64,000 nt of DNA. Origin: an uncultured Candidatus Saccharibacteria bacterium. GTDB taxonomy: Bacteria > Patescibacteriota > Minisyncoccia > Phycocordibacterales > XYD1-FULL-46-19. Below, in pieces: positions 54,549 through 63,723 of the stretch; within the stretch, counting starts at the first letter, position 1, and the number at the start of each line of letters is the position of its first letter. A program made the translations under genes and the position numbers. The notes beneath the pieces are model-generated. The model did not search any database, was not told the origin of the DNA, and was given only the letters and a program-made list of their open reading frames with translations. The DNA is taken from the NCBI GenBank assembly GCA_964355855.1, contig CAYHFD010000001.1, forward strand, positions 9,921 to 73,920. Reading direction: 5' to 3'.

Positions 54549-55334
54549 CTAACCTTGGTCATCGTCATCATCGTCATCATCGTCATCATCGTCATCATCG
54601 TCATCATCGTCATCATCGTTTAAATTGTCGCCTTCGTCATCGCTTTCGCCATCTTGATCTTCTTGTTCATCATCCCTATCCTCATTGTCTAAGTTATCCT
54701 CGTCATTAATTAAATCCTGACTAGTTTTCTTGTCCTTTATTTTTATTTTAACTTCTTCTTTGCCATTGTTAAATTTAATTTCAATTTCAATACGAGAGGA
54801 CAATAAATCCGTCGGCACTCGTCCAGTCACCCCCGCCACTTCTAGTATCTCATTTATCCGCGCCAAAGTTTGAGGACCAACTACTCCCACCTGTTCTATT
54901 CTTACTTTATTTTGAAAACGTTTAACAGCTTGTTCGGTTAGTGGCCCAAAAAAACCAGTAATTACTCCTTCTGGGTATAAAGCTGGATCAGTCGCTAAAA
55001 TAGTTTGCAATTCTTTGACATCATCTCCCGACATACCAATTTTTAAACTTCTTTTTAACTTAAGCTGGGCTAATTCCGCATTTAAGGATTGATTAACCGT
55101 CTCAGAAACAACTAATTGTGCTTGTAATTTTTTAATTTGAGCCAATAATGATGCGATTTTTTCCTCAAAAGAGCCCAATGCACTGTTTGCAGTAGAGGAC
55201 GTGGTTGAGGTTGTACTTGAAACAACCGATTCATTAGTACTAGTTGCCGTGCTGGTTGCCGTCTGAGCAAGCCCCTCACTTAAGGTAAAAAAGAAACCAA
55301 AAAGCACCAAGACTACATATCCGATTTTTCTCAT
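54549..55334 (-). CDS. secreted peptidoglycan-binding-domain protein with C-terminal poly-Asp tail
   Basis: Signal peptide, Ser/Thr-rich linker, coiled coil, PG_binding_1-like MSGDDVKELQTILATDPALYPEGVITGFFGPLTEQAVKRFQ, then ~25 consecutive Asp. Confidence 0.7.
   Translation of the reverse strand: MRKIGYVVLVLFGFFFTLSEGLAQTATSTATSTNESVVSSTTSTTSSTANSALGSFEEKIASLLAQIKKLQAQLVVSETVNQSLNAELAQLKLKRSLKIGMSGDDVKELQTILATDPALYPEGVITGFFGPLTEQAVKRFQNKVRIEQVGVVGPQTLARINEILEVAGVTGRVPTDLLSSRIEIEIKFNNGKEEVKIKIKDKKTSQDLINDEDNLDNEDRDDEQEDQDGESDDEGDNLNDDDDDDDDDDDDDDDDDDDDQG
54558..54618. repeat. (GTCATCATC)n microsatellite encoding the poly-Asp tail
   Basis: Seven near-perfect 9-bp units; direct read. Confidence 0.9.
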
Positions 55335-55458
55335 AATTATTTTGTTTATTAAGTTATATAATCAAGACTTACCTCTTGATTATATATTAATATCAATATT
55401 TAGCACACTTTATAACCGTAGCCATACTACGGGTATAAAAACCAAAACCGAAAGCAAT

Positions 55459-57240
55459 TTACTGTCTCTTATGTTTGGCGCGTTCAGCTTCGGTTAAATA
55501 CTGTTTACGCAAGCGCACACTTTTCGGTGTAATTTCCAAATACTCGTCGTCGGACATTATTTCCAGTCCCCGCTCAATAGTAATTGGTAGTGGGGGAATT
55601 AAATAAAGTTTTTCATCAGTACCCGAAGCACGCATATTGGTTAGCTGTTTACCCTTAGTTGGGTTCACCGCCATTTCTTCACCCTTGGACGTATTGCCCA
55701 CCACCATGCCCTCATACACCTCGGTCGCCGCTTCAATATACAAAGTTCCGCGCGTCTGCAAATTTGCCAGCGAAAAACCTAAAGCTTTGCCAGGAGCCAT
55801 CGAGGTCATAGAACCCACGGCCCGCTTTTCTATTTCCCCAGCATAAGGTTTAAAACCCAATACCCGACTGGCAAATATGCCTTCACCTTTAGTGTCAATA
55901 ATAAACTGCCCCCGATAACCCAACAAACCACGAGTCGGCCCCTCAAGCGTAAGACGCACAATTTTATCATCAGTCTTCATATTGGTCATATGGACCGCCC
56001 GTTTGCCCAGCTTCTCAATCACTGCCCCCTGGGCTTCAGTTGGAATTTCGATCGTCACCTCTTCATATGGTTCTGATTTTACCCCCTCGATATCTTTAAT
56101 AATCACTTGCGGTTGGGACACCGACAGCTCAAACCCTTCACGACGCATATTCTCGAGCAGGATCGCGATATGCAATTCCCCGCGGCCGTAGACTTTCATT
56201 GTATCCCCTTCAAAGTCGACCCTTAGTCCGACATTGACTTCGAGCTCTTTCAACAACCGCTCGCGGATCTGCCGACTAGTCACAAATTTCCCTTCGCGGC
56301 CACCAAAAGGGGAGTCGTTGACCAAAAAATTTAGGGCAATCGTCGGTTCGTCGACATGAATAAAAGGCAATATCTCCGCCTCGGGATTATCACAAATAGT
56401 GTCACCAATATAAATTTCCGAGAGCCCAGCCACCATTACAATATCGCCGGCGACAGCCTCTTTCACCTCTTGGCGGCTAATCCCCGCAAAAGTGAAAAGT
56501 TTGGTAATCTTGCCCTCTTCCACTTGGCCATTCGATTTTTTTATATAAATTTTAGTTCCGTCTTTGATGACGCCTTCGTAAACCCGCGCAATCGCCAGCC
56601 GACCCAAAAAGTTGTCGTAAGCCAAGTTAAAAGGCTGGGCCCGCAGGGGCGCCGTGTTATTACTGGCGGCTGGTGGCACATGTTCGAGAATCGTATCAAG
56701 TAGAGGCTCAAGGTTTTTCCGTTCATCATCCAGTTTTTTCATCGCTACCCCATCTTTACCAATCGCGTACACCGTAACAAAGTCTAATTGTTCGTCAGTG
56801 GCCCCTAGTTCCATAAAAAGTTCCAAAATTTCATCATGAGCCCGGGCCGCATCAGCTGCTGGCTTGTCGATTTTGTTTAGCACCACGATCGGCTTGTGAC
56901 CAATTTCAAGCGATTTTTTCAACACAAAACGAGTTTGGGGCATGGGTCCTTCTTGGGCATCTACCACCAAAAGCACCGAGTCGATCGAACGCAAAACGCG
57001 CTCAACCTCGGAACCAAAGTCGGCGTGGCCGGGAGTATCAACAATATTTATCTTGGTCCCTTTGTAATTGATCGAGGTATTTTTGGCGTAAATAGTAATA
57101 CCCCGCTCGCGCTCCAGATCATTAGAATCCATCGTGGTCCCTTCACCAGTCATCCCCGTCTCACGCATAATAGCGTCGGTGAGCGTAGTCTTACCGTGGT
57201 CAACGTGGGCAATAATGGCGATATTACGTATCTCAGTCAT
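55459..57240 (-). CDS. typA: translational GTPase TypA/BipA
   Basis: [32 protein letters not shown]; BipA-specific C-terminal domain. Confidence 0.95.
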   Translation of the reverse strand: MTEIRNIAIIAHVDHGKTTLTDAIMRETGMTGEGTTMDSNDLERERGITIYAKNTSINYKGTKINIVDTPGHADFGSEVERVLRSIDSVLLVVDAQEGPMPQTRFVLKKSLEIGHKPIVVLNKIDKPAADAARAHDEILELFMELGATDEQLDFVTVYAIGKDGVAMKKLDDERKNLEPLLDTILEHVPPAASNNTAPLRAQPFNLAYDNFLGRLAIARVYEGVIKDGTKIYIKKSNGQVEEGKITKLFTFAGISRQEVKEAVAGDIVMVAGLSEIYIGDTICDNPEAEILPFIHVDEPTIALNFLVNDSPFGGREGKFVTSRQIRERLLKELEVNVGLRVDFEGDTMKVYGRGELHIAILLENMRREGFELSVSQPQVIIKDIEGVKSEPYEEVTIEIPTEAQGAVIEKLGKRAVHMTNMKTDDKIVRLTLEGPTRGLLGYRGQFIIDTKGEGIFASRVLGFKPYAGEIEKRAVGSMTSMAPGKALGFSLANLQTRGTLYIEAATEVYEGMVVGNTSKGEEMAVNPTKGKQLTNMRASGTDEKLYLIPPLPITIERGLEIMSDDEYLEITPKSVRLRKQYLTEAERAKHKRQ

Positions 57241-57249
57241 ACTAGAATC

Positions 57250-57470
57250 TAAAGTTAATTAAACCACTTCTCGCCCCGTAGGAAGCTTGGCTTTCCTACT
57301 GGGGTGGTCCACACTTGTCCCGTAGCCAGCGTACTCGCTGTGGTACCGGGATGGGCAATAATAGCGATGTTACGAATTTCGGTCATTGTAGAAATAATTA
57401 TTGTATTAGCGACCCGCCCGCAACGCCTAAGCTTGCGATGACGGGCGGGTGTTACGAATTTCTGTCATAA
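57250..57470 (-). promoter_or_regulatory. bipA leader with two degenerate upstream copies of the first ~7-11 codons, each preceded by a GC-rich hairpin
   Basis: Minus-strand ATGACTGAGATACGTAATATCGCCATTATTGCCC (57207-57240) recurs as ATGACCGAAATTCGTAACATCGCTATTATTGCCC (57352-57386) and ATGACAGAAATTCGTAAC (57451-57468); hairpins at 57274-57304 and 57414-57450. Confidence 0.5.
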
Positions 57471-57546
57471 AAACAAAATGGCCGACACGGGCCAGAAGTA
57501 ATAGTAATAATACCAACAATACCAACTAAAGTCAACAATCCGCTTT

Positions 57547-58299
57547 TTATTCAAACTCTAAATATAATGGGGCGTGGTCAGAGACTTCATCTGGTAAAAC
57601 ATTAAAATTCTTAAGCTCTATCTCCGGTGAAATGAAAATATAGTCAGCATAGGGTTCAATATGACCAAATTTATATAAACTAGTCCGGGTCGTTGCAATT
57701 TTACTTTCGCTAACCAAATTGCGTAAACCACTTTCCTCTAACAAGCGAATGCTCTCGGTTTCCGGCCGAACATTAAAATCGCCACAGATTATTTTTGGCA
57801 AATTAAAACCTTTTAGAAAACCGAGGATCCGCTGTGACTGCGCGAGACGCTCTGGTGTATCATGTTTTAAAAGCGTCCAGTGCCCATGAAGGTTGGCCAC
57901 TAGATACTCGAGACTATTTTTTTCTATTCGAAACCATTGCAGAAGACGATTATGGTCAGCGTCAGGGTCTTCGTCCACCGGAAAATTACTATTTTCATGA
58001 ACCATAATAGCACCGTCTTCTTTTACTTTAATATCTTTCCGGACAAAAGTGGCTAAACCATATTCCCCATTATATAACGAAGAAAAATAGCCGACGTGGT
58101 TAGATAAAAGTTTTTCTATTTCTTCGTACAGACGGGGGTTAATATTTTTAATTTGCATCGGGTTAGCTTCGGTCGCCGTGCCACCCTTAAAAACTTCTTG
58201 AAAGCAAAAAATATCAATACTATTTTCTTTTTCCTTTATAAAGGATAGCAACGGTTCAAGCACCTTTCCACCCCAAGTGTTTAAGGTAATAAGTTTCAT
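57547..58299 (-). CDS. endonuclease/exonuclease/phosphatase (EEP) family nuclease
   Basis: LITLNTWGG, FCFQEV, GDFN, SDHAPL catalytic blocks. Confidence 0.75.
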   Translation of the reverse strand: MKLITLNTWGGKVLEPLLSFIKEKENSIDIFCFQEVFKGGTATEANPMQIKNINPRLYEEIEKLLSNHVGYFSSLYNGEYGLATFVRKDIKVKEDGAIMVHENSNFPVDEDPDADHNRLLQWFRIEKNSLEYLVANLHGHWTLLKHDTPERLAQSQRILGFLKGFNLPKIICGDFNVRPETESIRLLEESGLRNLVSESKIATTRTSLYKFGHIEPYADYIFISPEIELKNFNVLPDEVSDHAPLYLEFE

Positions 58300-58548
58300 T
58301 TATTTGTTGCCACTGATAGGCTTAATTAAAATCTCGGATTCAATTTTTCTGAACCGCTCCACTTCCCGACCATTTTTCGTAATGGTTTCCAAAAACATCG
58401 TGGTTGGTCGCGCCCACAGCCCACCATCTTCCAGGTGAATATAAACGGTTAGCGGTTCCAAGGTTTCGCTATGTTGAACTTCTAACAGCACTCGCACTTT
58501 GGTCCCTTTGTAGTGTTCATATATCGCTCCGATTTCTAGTTTCTTCAT
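58300..58548 (-). CDS. DUF1653-like small protein
   Basis: YEHYKGTKVRVL...HSETLEPLTVY pattern. Confidence 0.6.
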   Translation of the reverse strand: MKKLEIGAIYEHYKGTKVRVLLEVQHSETLEPLTVYIHLEDGGLWARPTTMFLETITKNGREVERFRKIESEILIKPISGNK

Positions 58549-58561
58549 TTATATATTTTAG

Positions 58562-58610
58562 TCTAAAACAACAGAAAAGCCCACTAGAGAAGCGAGCTTC
58601 TCTAGTGGGC
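58562..58610 (-). terminator. intrinsic terminator
   Basis: GCCCACTAGAGAAGC-GAGC-TTCTCTAGTGGGC, U-run on minus strand. Confidence 0.75.
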
Positions 58611-58629
58611 AAAACGATTTCCACAATGT

Positions 58630-59031
58630 CTAGTGGCCAGGGCTACCACAAATTCTCACGGCGTGTACAAATTCTGCTTCGGGCGGGACTAGTCTCCCAG
58701 TGAGAGATAAGGGGATACACAAAGCGTCCACCTGTAAGACCTTGCTAAAGCAGAAGTCCAGTATCTCTTTTGCAAGACGGAACTGCGACGGGGCAAAAGT
58801 TGCCATAGTGTCTTCCAGTAACGCCCATTCCGCATCTTCAAACACCAGCCAGCAAAATTCCTCTTTTTTCGCCAGTTCCTCGACGATGTTAGAGAGAGAT
58901 TTTTCGCCCCTACCCAGCCTAAATTTAACTTCCTTTCTCGCCCAGCTTGAGGGGGGACGAGTGTCATCCGCCCCTGGTGTCAATGTGTACATCATCGGTC
59001 TCCTTCCTGCACTTTGAAAAGTGCTTGCCAA
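58630..59031 (-). CDS. hypothetical protein (elevated GC)
   Basis: 133-aa ORF followed by terminator; no motif. Confidence 0.35.
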   Translation of the reverse strand: MASTFQSAGRRPMMYTLTPGADDTRPPSSWARKEVKFRLGRGEKSLSNIVEELAKKEEFCWLVFEDAEWALLEDTMATFAPSQFRLAKEILDFCFSKVLQVDALCIPLSLTGRLVPPEAEFVHAVRICGSPGH

Positions 59032-59143
59032 CCCAAATTCTCTACTACATATAATAGCACCGTATTACTATTTAGTCAACTCTACCGTAACCGGTAACAC
59101 CTAAACGCTTCTGGTATTGATTAGAATACACCCAGTTTAAATT

Positions 59144-59971
59144 TTATCTTAAACCTTCACACACTACCCCATCACTATCACTATCTAATTTGTGGGGGTC
59201 GGCCGTCGGGCCACCGCAAGCAATAAAAACTGATTGAGCTTCAGCTTGAGTGGTAAAATTGGTGCAATTGTAAATATTGCGGTCACAAATATAGTTTTCC
59301 CCGACCCCCGCCACGCTGGCCGTGGCGGGGGTGTCTTTTTCTATTTTTTTATCCTCACACACCCCATCGGCCCATAAACCCTTTTTTCCCTCGCGTGCTT
59401 GTTTTTCCGCCAACTTAAACTCGGTCTGGTATTTATAGGGTAAATTGTAGGTGTACTCGTAAGCAAATCCTTGGCTAATCATCAGCTTATTAAAATTGGT
59501 CCCGTCGGCTAGAAAAACATAGCGCAACAGCCGGTTATATTTATCCCGCTCACCATGGCTTGGGTCTGCTTCCAGACGCACCGTCCGACCAGCCAAAACC
59601 GCTTTGGCTTTACTGGAAGCCTCTTTACCAAAACATTCTACCGCCTTACGCGGGTCCACGGTCTCTGGTGTATTTATACCAATTAGACGCAAAGTTTCTG
59701 CTTTGCCATTTATATTCACCACCAGCGTGTCCCCATCAATCACTTTCACTACTTGGTAAGCGTCGCCAGTCACGGCCACCGGCAGTAAATTTCCGGCGGA
59801 TGATGTCGCCCGACTATTTGATATTTTTTCCGTTGAAGTCGATCCACTTATTCCCGTCTCCAATTGGGTTATCTCTTCTCTAGGTCCTGTTCCCCATCCA
59901 CTCAACAAAATAAAACCGGCCGCGAGTAATATCACGAGCCCCAGACCAGTAGCCATTAATTTAGAAAACAT
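59144..59971 (-). CDS. secreted thermonuclease (SNase) with C-terminal excalibur Ca-binding domain
   Basis: Signal peptide; VIDGDTLVV, RLIGINTPE, KYNRLLRYVF SNase blocks; DSDSDGVVCE excalibur motif. Confidence 0.8.
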   Translation of the reverse strand: MFSKLMATGLGLVILLAAGFILLSGWGTGPREEITQLETGISGSTSTEKISNSRATSSAGNLLPVAVTGDAYQVVKVIDGDTLVVNINGKAETLRLIGINTPETVDPRKAVECFGKEASSKAKAVLAGRTVRLEADPSHGERDKYNRLLRYVFLADGTNFNKLMISQGFAYEYTYNLPYKYQTEFKLAEKQAREGKKGLWADGVCEDKKIEKDTPATASVAGVGENYICDRNIYNCTNFTTQAEAQSVFIACGGPTADPHKLDSDSDGVVCEGLR

Positions 59972-60093
59972 TTCCCCAGTCTAACATCTCTTCCCTTCGG
60001 CTATAAATCAACTATGACTAAATCTACTTAAATAATAAGGCCCGGGGTTAAAGACCCGGGCCGGTTTTTACTACTTCACACAGTATAGTAAGA

Positions 60094-60933
60094 CTAAAGA
60101 ACAGAAACCGGTAGATGCAAGATAGCGGCCCCAGTTTCCAAATACCAACCCAAGTTGGTCGTCGTGTGACTAGAGACCAGATACCCATGGCGCGCCACAT
60201 ATTCACCCATGACTAGATACTGGGCTGAAGTCCGCGCCGAGCGTTCCATCAGTTCACTAAAAGAAGCCTGGGGACAAATTCGCTCATACATCCGTAAGCG
60301 CGCTACGGTCTCGCCGACTATCCGGCTGAAATATTGCCCGTCGCTCATCAGCTTAGCCGTAAGCTGCTCTTCGGTCTCGACTAAATTCGGTATCTCGTCA
60401 GTCATCAAGCGCACTTGCCAGCCCCGACTCGCTACTTTAGCCCTGGTCGCCGCCACTGAAGCTTCAACACAAGCCAGCAGTTCCTCCCGACTACGACCGA
60501 CGGCTCGGCTAAGCACTGGGTCATCGGCCTCCTGGTTAGGCATCAGGATTCGCACTTCCGCTTGGGGTAAAACCCTGGTCAGCCGCTCTAGGAATCTAAT
60601 CTGACGTTCGCCCAAGAGTGACACCCCGGTCCCCACCGAGCGAAAGTCATAGGCCCCGTCCCGGTGGCTATAATCCAGGCAAGATGGGGCAATAATCACC
60701 GGCTGTTCATTGGTTCTGGCAATCACCAGCCCAATGCGATCACCCATCACTTTGGTTCGGGAAGCATAGCCGCACACACCGATTGTTCGGCACACCCGCC
60801 GCACTTTTTCCATTCTCAACCGCTTGTGTTGCTCTCCCCATAAGCCTGCCTCACCATTGAGGTACTTCCTCGTCCGTGGCAAGCGCAGGCGGGGTACTGC
60901 CATTTCTTCCATCATTTCCACCACTGTTTGCAT
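60094..60933 (-). CDS. hypothetical protein (high-GC, foreign-looking)
   Basis: AGGAG 8 nt before ATG at 60933 (longer ORF to 61098 probably non-coding); no recognised motif. Confidence 0.35.
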   Translation of the reverse strand: MQTVVEMMEEMAVPRLRLPRTRKYLNGEAGLWGEQHKRLRMEKVRRVCRTIGVCGYASRTKVMGDRIGLVIARTNEQPVIIAPSCLDYSHRDGAYDFRSVGTGVSLLGERQIRFLERLTRVLPQAEVRILMPNQEADDPVLSRAVGRSREELLACVEASVAATRAKVASRGWQVRLMTDEIPNLVETEEQLTAKLMSDGQYFSRIVGETVARLRMYERICPQASFSELMERSARTSAQYLVMGEYVARHGYLVSSHTTTNLGWYLETGAAILHLPVSVL

Positions 60934-61269
60934 TTCACATCTCCTGGTTGGTAAAGATCCACTCAACAAAAAACTCCTCGTCGCCAGGCAGGAAAAAACC
61001 TGCCCAGGGACGAGGAGTCTTGAAAAAAACCCAAGCTCGTGGTGCCACCCTAGTTTTGGAACCAAAAAAACACCGTGGAGGTGCTCTTTTAGTTCCACTC
61101 ATCGGCGCGTACATCCCAGAGGGACAGATACCGATTATCCCATGGTTACGGAGGAGTGCCGAGCTGTCACTTGCGCAACAGCCATCCTGCCCAAACGGGC
61201 GATCGCGGCCCAACCCTCGGCTTACAGCCGAGGACCACGATCAAGGATTTTGTCTCTTGTTGAAGTACT

Positions 61270-61300
61270 AAGCTTAGTCTACCAACGCTACCCCCGCTGT
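61270..61300 (-). promoter_or_regulatory. sigma70-like promoter (TTGACA-16-TAGACT) upstream of 60094-60933 gene
   Basis: Minus-strand TTGACAGCGGGGGTAGCGTTGGTAGACT. Confidence 0.4.
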
Positions 61301-61349
61301 CAACCACCACCTTTTCTTTTTCCCTTTTTATTTCTATTTTTTCTATTCC

Positions 61350-61373
61350 CCTATTCGCGCGAATTAGAGATAT
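61350..61373 (-). repeat. 24-bp motif copy 2
   Basis: Exact copy; supplies last codons and stop of ArsR-like gene. Confidence 0.9.
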
Positions 61374-61635
61374 GTTTAGAAACGTATTGAACAATAGGAT
61401 GACGATCCGGCGACAGCGAATACCACATTTCCAAACCCCGCTGCTTTTTTTCCACAATATCAGCCCCGTAAAGCACTGCCAAATGTTTAGAGGTGGCTTT
61501 GAAAGACAAGTTGATTTTTTCGGCCAACTCACTTACTGTCGCCTCTTTTTCTCGCCCTAAATATTTGATCAGCGCCAGCCGCCGCCCATTGGCCAGTGCT
61601 TTCAACACCCGCTCTAACTCCTTAATATTTTTCAT
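61351..61635 (-). CDS. ArsR/SmtB-family transcriptional regulator (C-terminus supplied by 24-bp repeat)
   Basis: RRLALIKYL...ATVSELAEKINLSFKATSKHLAVLYGADIV winged HTH; ends HISNSRE-stop inside repeat. Confidence 0.8.
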   Translation of the reverse strand: MKNIKELERVLKALANGRRLALIKYLGREKEATVSELAEKINLSFKATSKHLAVLYGADIVEKKQRGLEMWYSLSPDRHPIVQYVSKHISNSRE

Positions 61636-61657
61636 CTTCCCATTTTACCACCCTTGC

Positions 61658-61681
61658 CCTATTCGCGCGAATTAGAGATAT
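61658..61681 (-). repeat. 24-bp motif copy 3
   Basis: Exact copy; between racemase stop and ArsR-like ATG (about 25 nt upstream of ATG). Confidence 0.9.
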
Positions 61682-61692
61682 ATTCTACGCTT

Positions 61693-62397
61693 TTAGGTTT
61701 TATTTTCCAGAGCTAAAGCCAAGGCCTTGTCCACTATCACTTGATTAGAGTTTATTAATGGTACCGCTAAAGCCATGGCCCCGAGCGCCAGTGGCAACTC
61801 TGTACAACCAAGAATAATCACCTCGGCCCCGGCCTGCACCAAGCTAGCCACAATTTCTTGAATCAGCTGAGTATCGGCCCCATCATTTTTTCCAGCCATA
61901 ACTTTCAAAATAATCCCATCTAACTTAGCCTGTTCGGCCACGGTCACAACTAGAGGCTCGATACCGGCTTTCACCAGCTTGTCCGTATAAAGATTATACT
62001 TGGCACTACTGGCTGAGGTTAGGAGTCCCGCCCGAGTGTAGCCCCCAGTCTTCGCCATCTGCACTGTCTCATCGACAATACTCAAAATCGGAATATTGAG
62101 TCCGGCCTGCATTTCGTCTTGATAGATATGTACCGTATTGCAAGCGATCACAACAAAATCACACTTGGCCGATTCTAGTCTTTTGACCCCAGATACCAGT
62201 TGCCTCTTGACGGCTTCAGCCTCCACAATCCCCCGCTCGTCAAAACCCTCGAGCGGTAGATTGTAAATAATTATCGGCGGAAACTCATTGTCTTGCACCG
62301 CCCCATATTTATTATGAGCCAGATCGATAATTAGATTGTAGAAATAAGCACTTGCCTCCGGGCCCATACCACCCAAAATACCAATTGTTTTCTTCAT
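61693..62397 (-). CDS. aspartate/glutamate racemase family protein
   Basis: IGILGGMGPEAS, VIACNTVH, IILGCTELP two-Cys racemase motifs. Confidence 0.85.
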   Translation of the reverse strand: MKKTIGILGGMGPEASAYFYNLIIDLAHNKYGAVQDNEFPPIIIYNLPLEGFDERGIVEAEAVKRQLVSGVKRLESAKCDFVVIACNTVHIYQDEMQAGLNIPILSIVDETVQMAKTGGYTRAGLLTSASSAKYNLYTDKLVKAGIEPLVVTVAEQAKLDGIILKVMAGKNDGADTQLIQEIVASLVQAGAEVIILGCTELPLALGAMALAVPLINSNQVIVDKALALALENKT

Positions 62398-62602
62398 AAA
62401 TATTTTCTTAAACCAATAAAAAACGGCCCCCTTGAGGCCGCTTTAGAACATTTGTGACGAGTGGGACAAACAGGTTTACAAATACTCAAAACCGACCTCA
62501 AAGAGGCTCTCCCGACGACGGTTATTGGTATTTATAGACAGTAGTCTCTGCATATATTTATCCTAGCAATTAATCACAATAAGTCCAGTCCGTCTTACTT
62601 TT

Positions 62603-62905
62603 CTATACCCCACAGGCCTCTTCGACATAGGCCACCAGCTGGTCCTTGTCATCAATAATTTCCGGCGGTACCTCCAGATAATTTTTCAAAACTTGGTCCT
62701 GGCTTGGGGTAAACGGGCCCATCCCCACCGCCTGATATTTTTTAGCCGTCTCGGGATTAGTTTTTAAATATAAAACGCCTTCATTCACGATGCCAAAAAA
62801 GGTCTCACCCAAATACAAACCATAAGAAGAAAATATCTTCTTAATCCGGACCTCCCCCAATTCCCCCACCTGATCCGCCACATATTCTGCGAAGCTAGTA
62901 TCCAT
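62603..62905 (-). CDS. TfoX N-terminal-domain protein
   Basis: IKKIFSSYGLYLGETFFGIVNEGVLYLKT and VPPEIIDDKDQLVAYVEEA match TfoX_N pattern. Confidence 0.65.
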   Translation of the reverse strand: MDTSFAEYVADQVGELGEVRIKKIFSSYGLYLGETFFGIVNEGVLYLKTNPETAKKYQAVGMGPFTPSQDQVLKNYLEVPPEIIDDKDQLVAYVEEACGV

Positions 62906-62976
62906 GTTTTTATTTTACCCCAGCTTAGCCCTTATCTAAAACCCCACAAAAATATTTTCACTATTAGCTTTATTCT

Positions 62977-63000
62977 CCTATTCGCGCGAATTAGAGATAT
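62977..63000 (-). repeat. 24-bp motif copy 4
   Basis: Exact copy with same 7-nt extension as copy 1; ~70 nt upstream of TfoX_N gene ATG. Confidence 0.9.
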
Positions 63001-63045
63001 GGTCTGCACTTTTAGACAAGTCAAAATTAGTGTAGGCTAGATTAT

Positions 63046-63723
63046 ATGCAAGCCATTATTTTAGCTGCCGGTAGTCACGAACATAGCCAGTCGCGAGAAC
63101 CCATAAAGTGTCTCTTAAAAGTCGGTCGAGAACCCCTACTTTGTCACCTCACCCGTGAATTGCCCCCAGAAATATCGGAAATAATTATTGTCGTTGGCCG
63201 GCAAAAAAACCAAGTTAAAGAAATAGCTGGTCGCACCTTGGCTGGTCGGACTGTGCGTTATGTTACCCAAAACGAGCAACTGGGTACTGGCCACGCCCTT
63301 TCTTTGTGCCGACCAATTATTCACACCGAACGTTTTTTGGTCTTGATGGGTGACAACCTTTATTTAAAAAGTGATATCAAGGCTTGTCTTAAACACCCAC
63401 GGGCTATTCTCACTAAAAAAATTGACGCGCCCGAACGCTACGGCCTAGTGAGCGAATCTGGTCACTTGTTAGTGGCGGTCACCGAAAAACCCAAAAACCC
63501 AAACGGGGCTTTGATCAACTGTGGTCTTTATGTTCTTGATCATAAGATTTTTGACATACCTTTAGCTAAAATCGGTGAAGACGAATATGGCCTACCTCAA
63601 CAAGTGGCCAATCTTTCCGCTATTTATCCTGTCGCCATTGAACAGGCCCAGTTTTGGCTTCCGGTTAGCACCATCGAAGATTTAAAACAAGCCGACAAAT
63701 ACCTTCGCCGGATGTATTCTTAA
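63046..63723 (+). CDS. sugar-phosphate nucleotidyltransferase (NTP_transferase fold)
   Basis: MQAIILAAGSHEH...PIKCLLKV, GTGHAL, MGDNLY blocks. Confidence 0.7.
   Translation: MQAIILAAGSHEHSQSREPIKCLLKVGREPLLCHLTRELPPEISEIIIVVGRQKNQVKEIAGRTLAGRTVRYVTQNEQLGTGHALSLCRPIIHTERFLVLMGDNLYLKSDIKACLKHPRAILTKKIDAPERYGLVSESGHLLVAVTEKPKNPNGALINCGLYVLDHKIFDIPLAKIGEDEYGLPQQVANLSAIYPVAIEQAQFWLPVSTIEDLKQADKYLRRMYS

Noticed and set aside
60094-61098. Full 334-aa extent of the minus-strand ORF
   Set aside because: The upstream 55 codons lack an RBS and overlap the promoter-like sequence. A start at 60933 with an AGGAG SD is preferred.
62420-62450. Possible attenuator between the TfoX_N and racemase genes
   Set aside because: It is a simple 5-bp-stem hairpin with a U-run, adequately explained as an ordinary terminator.
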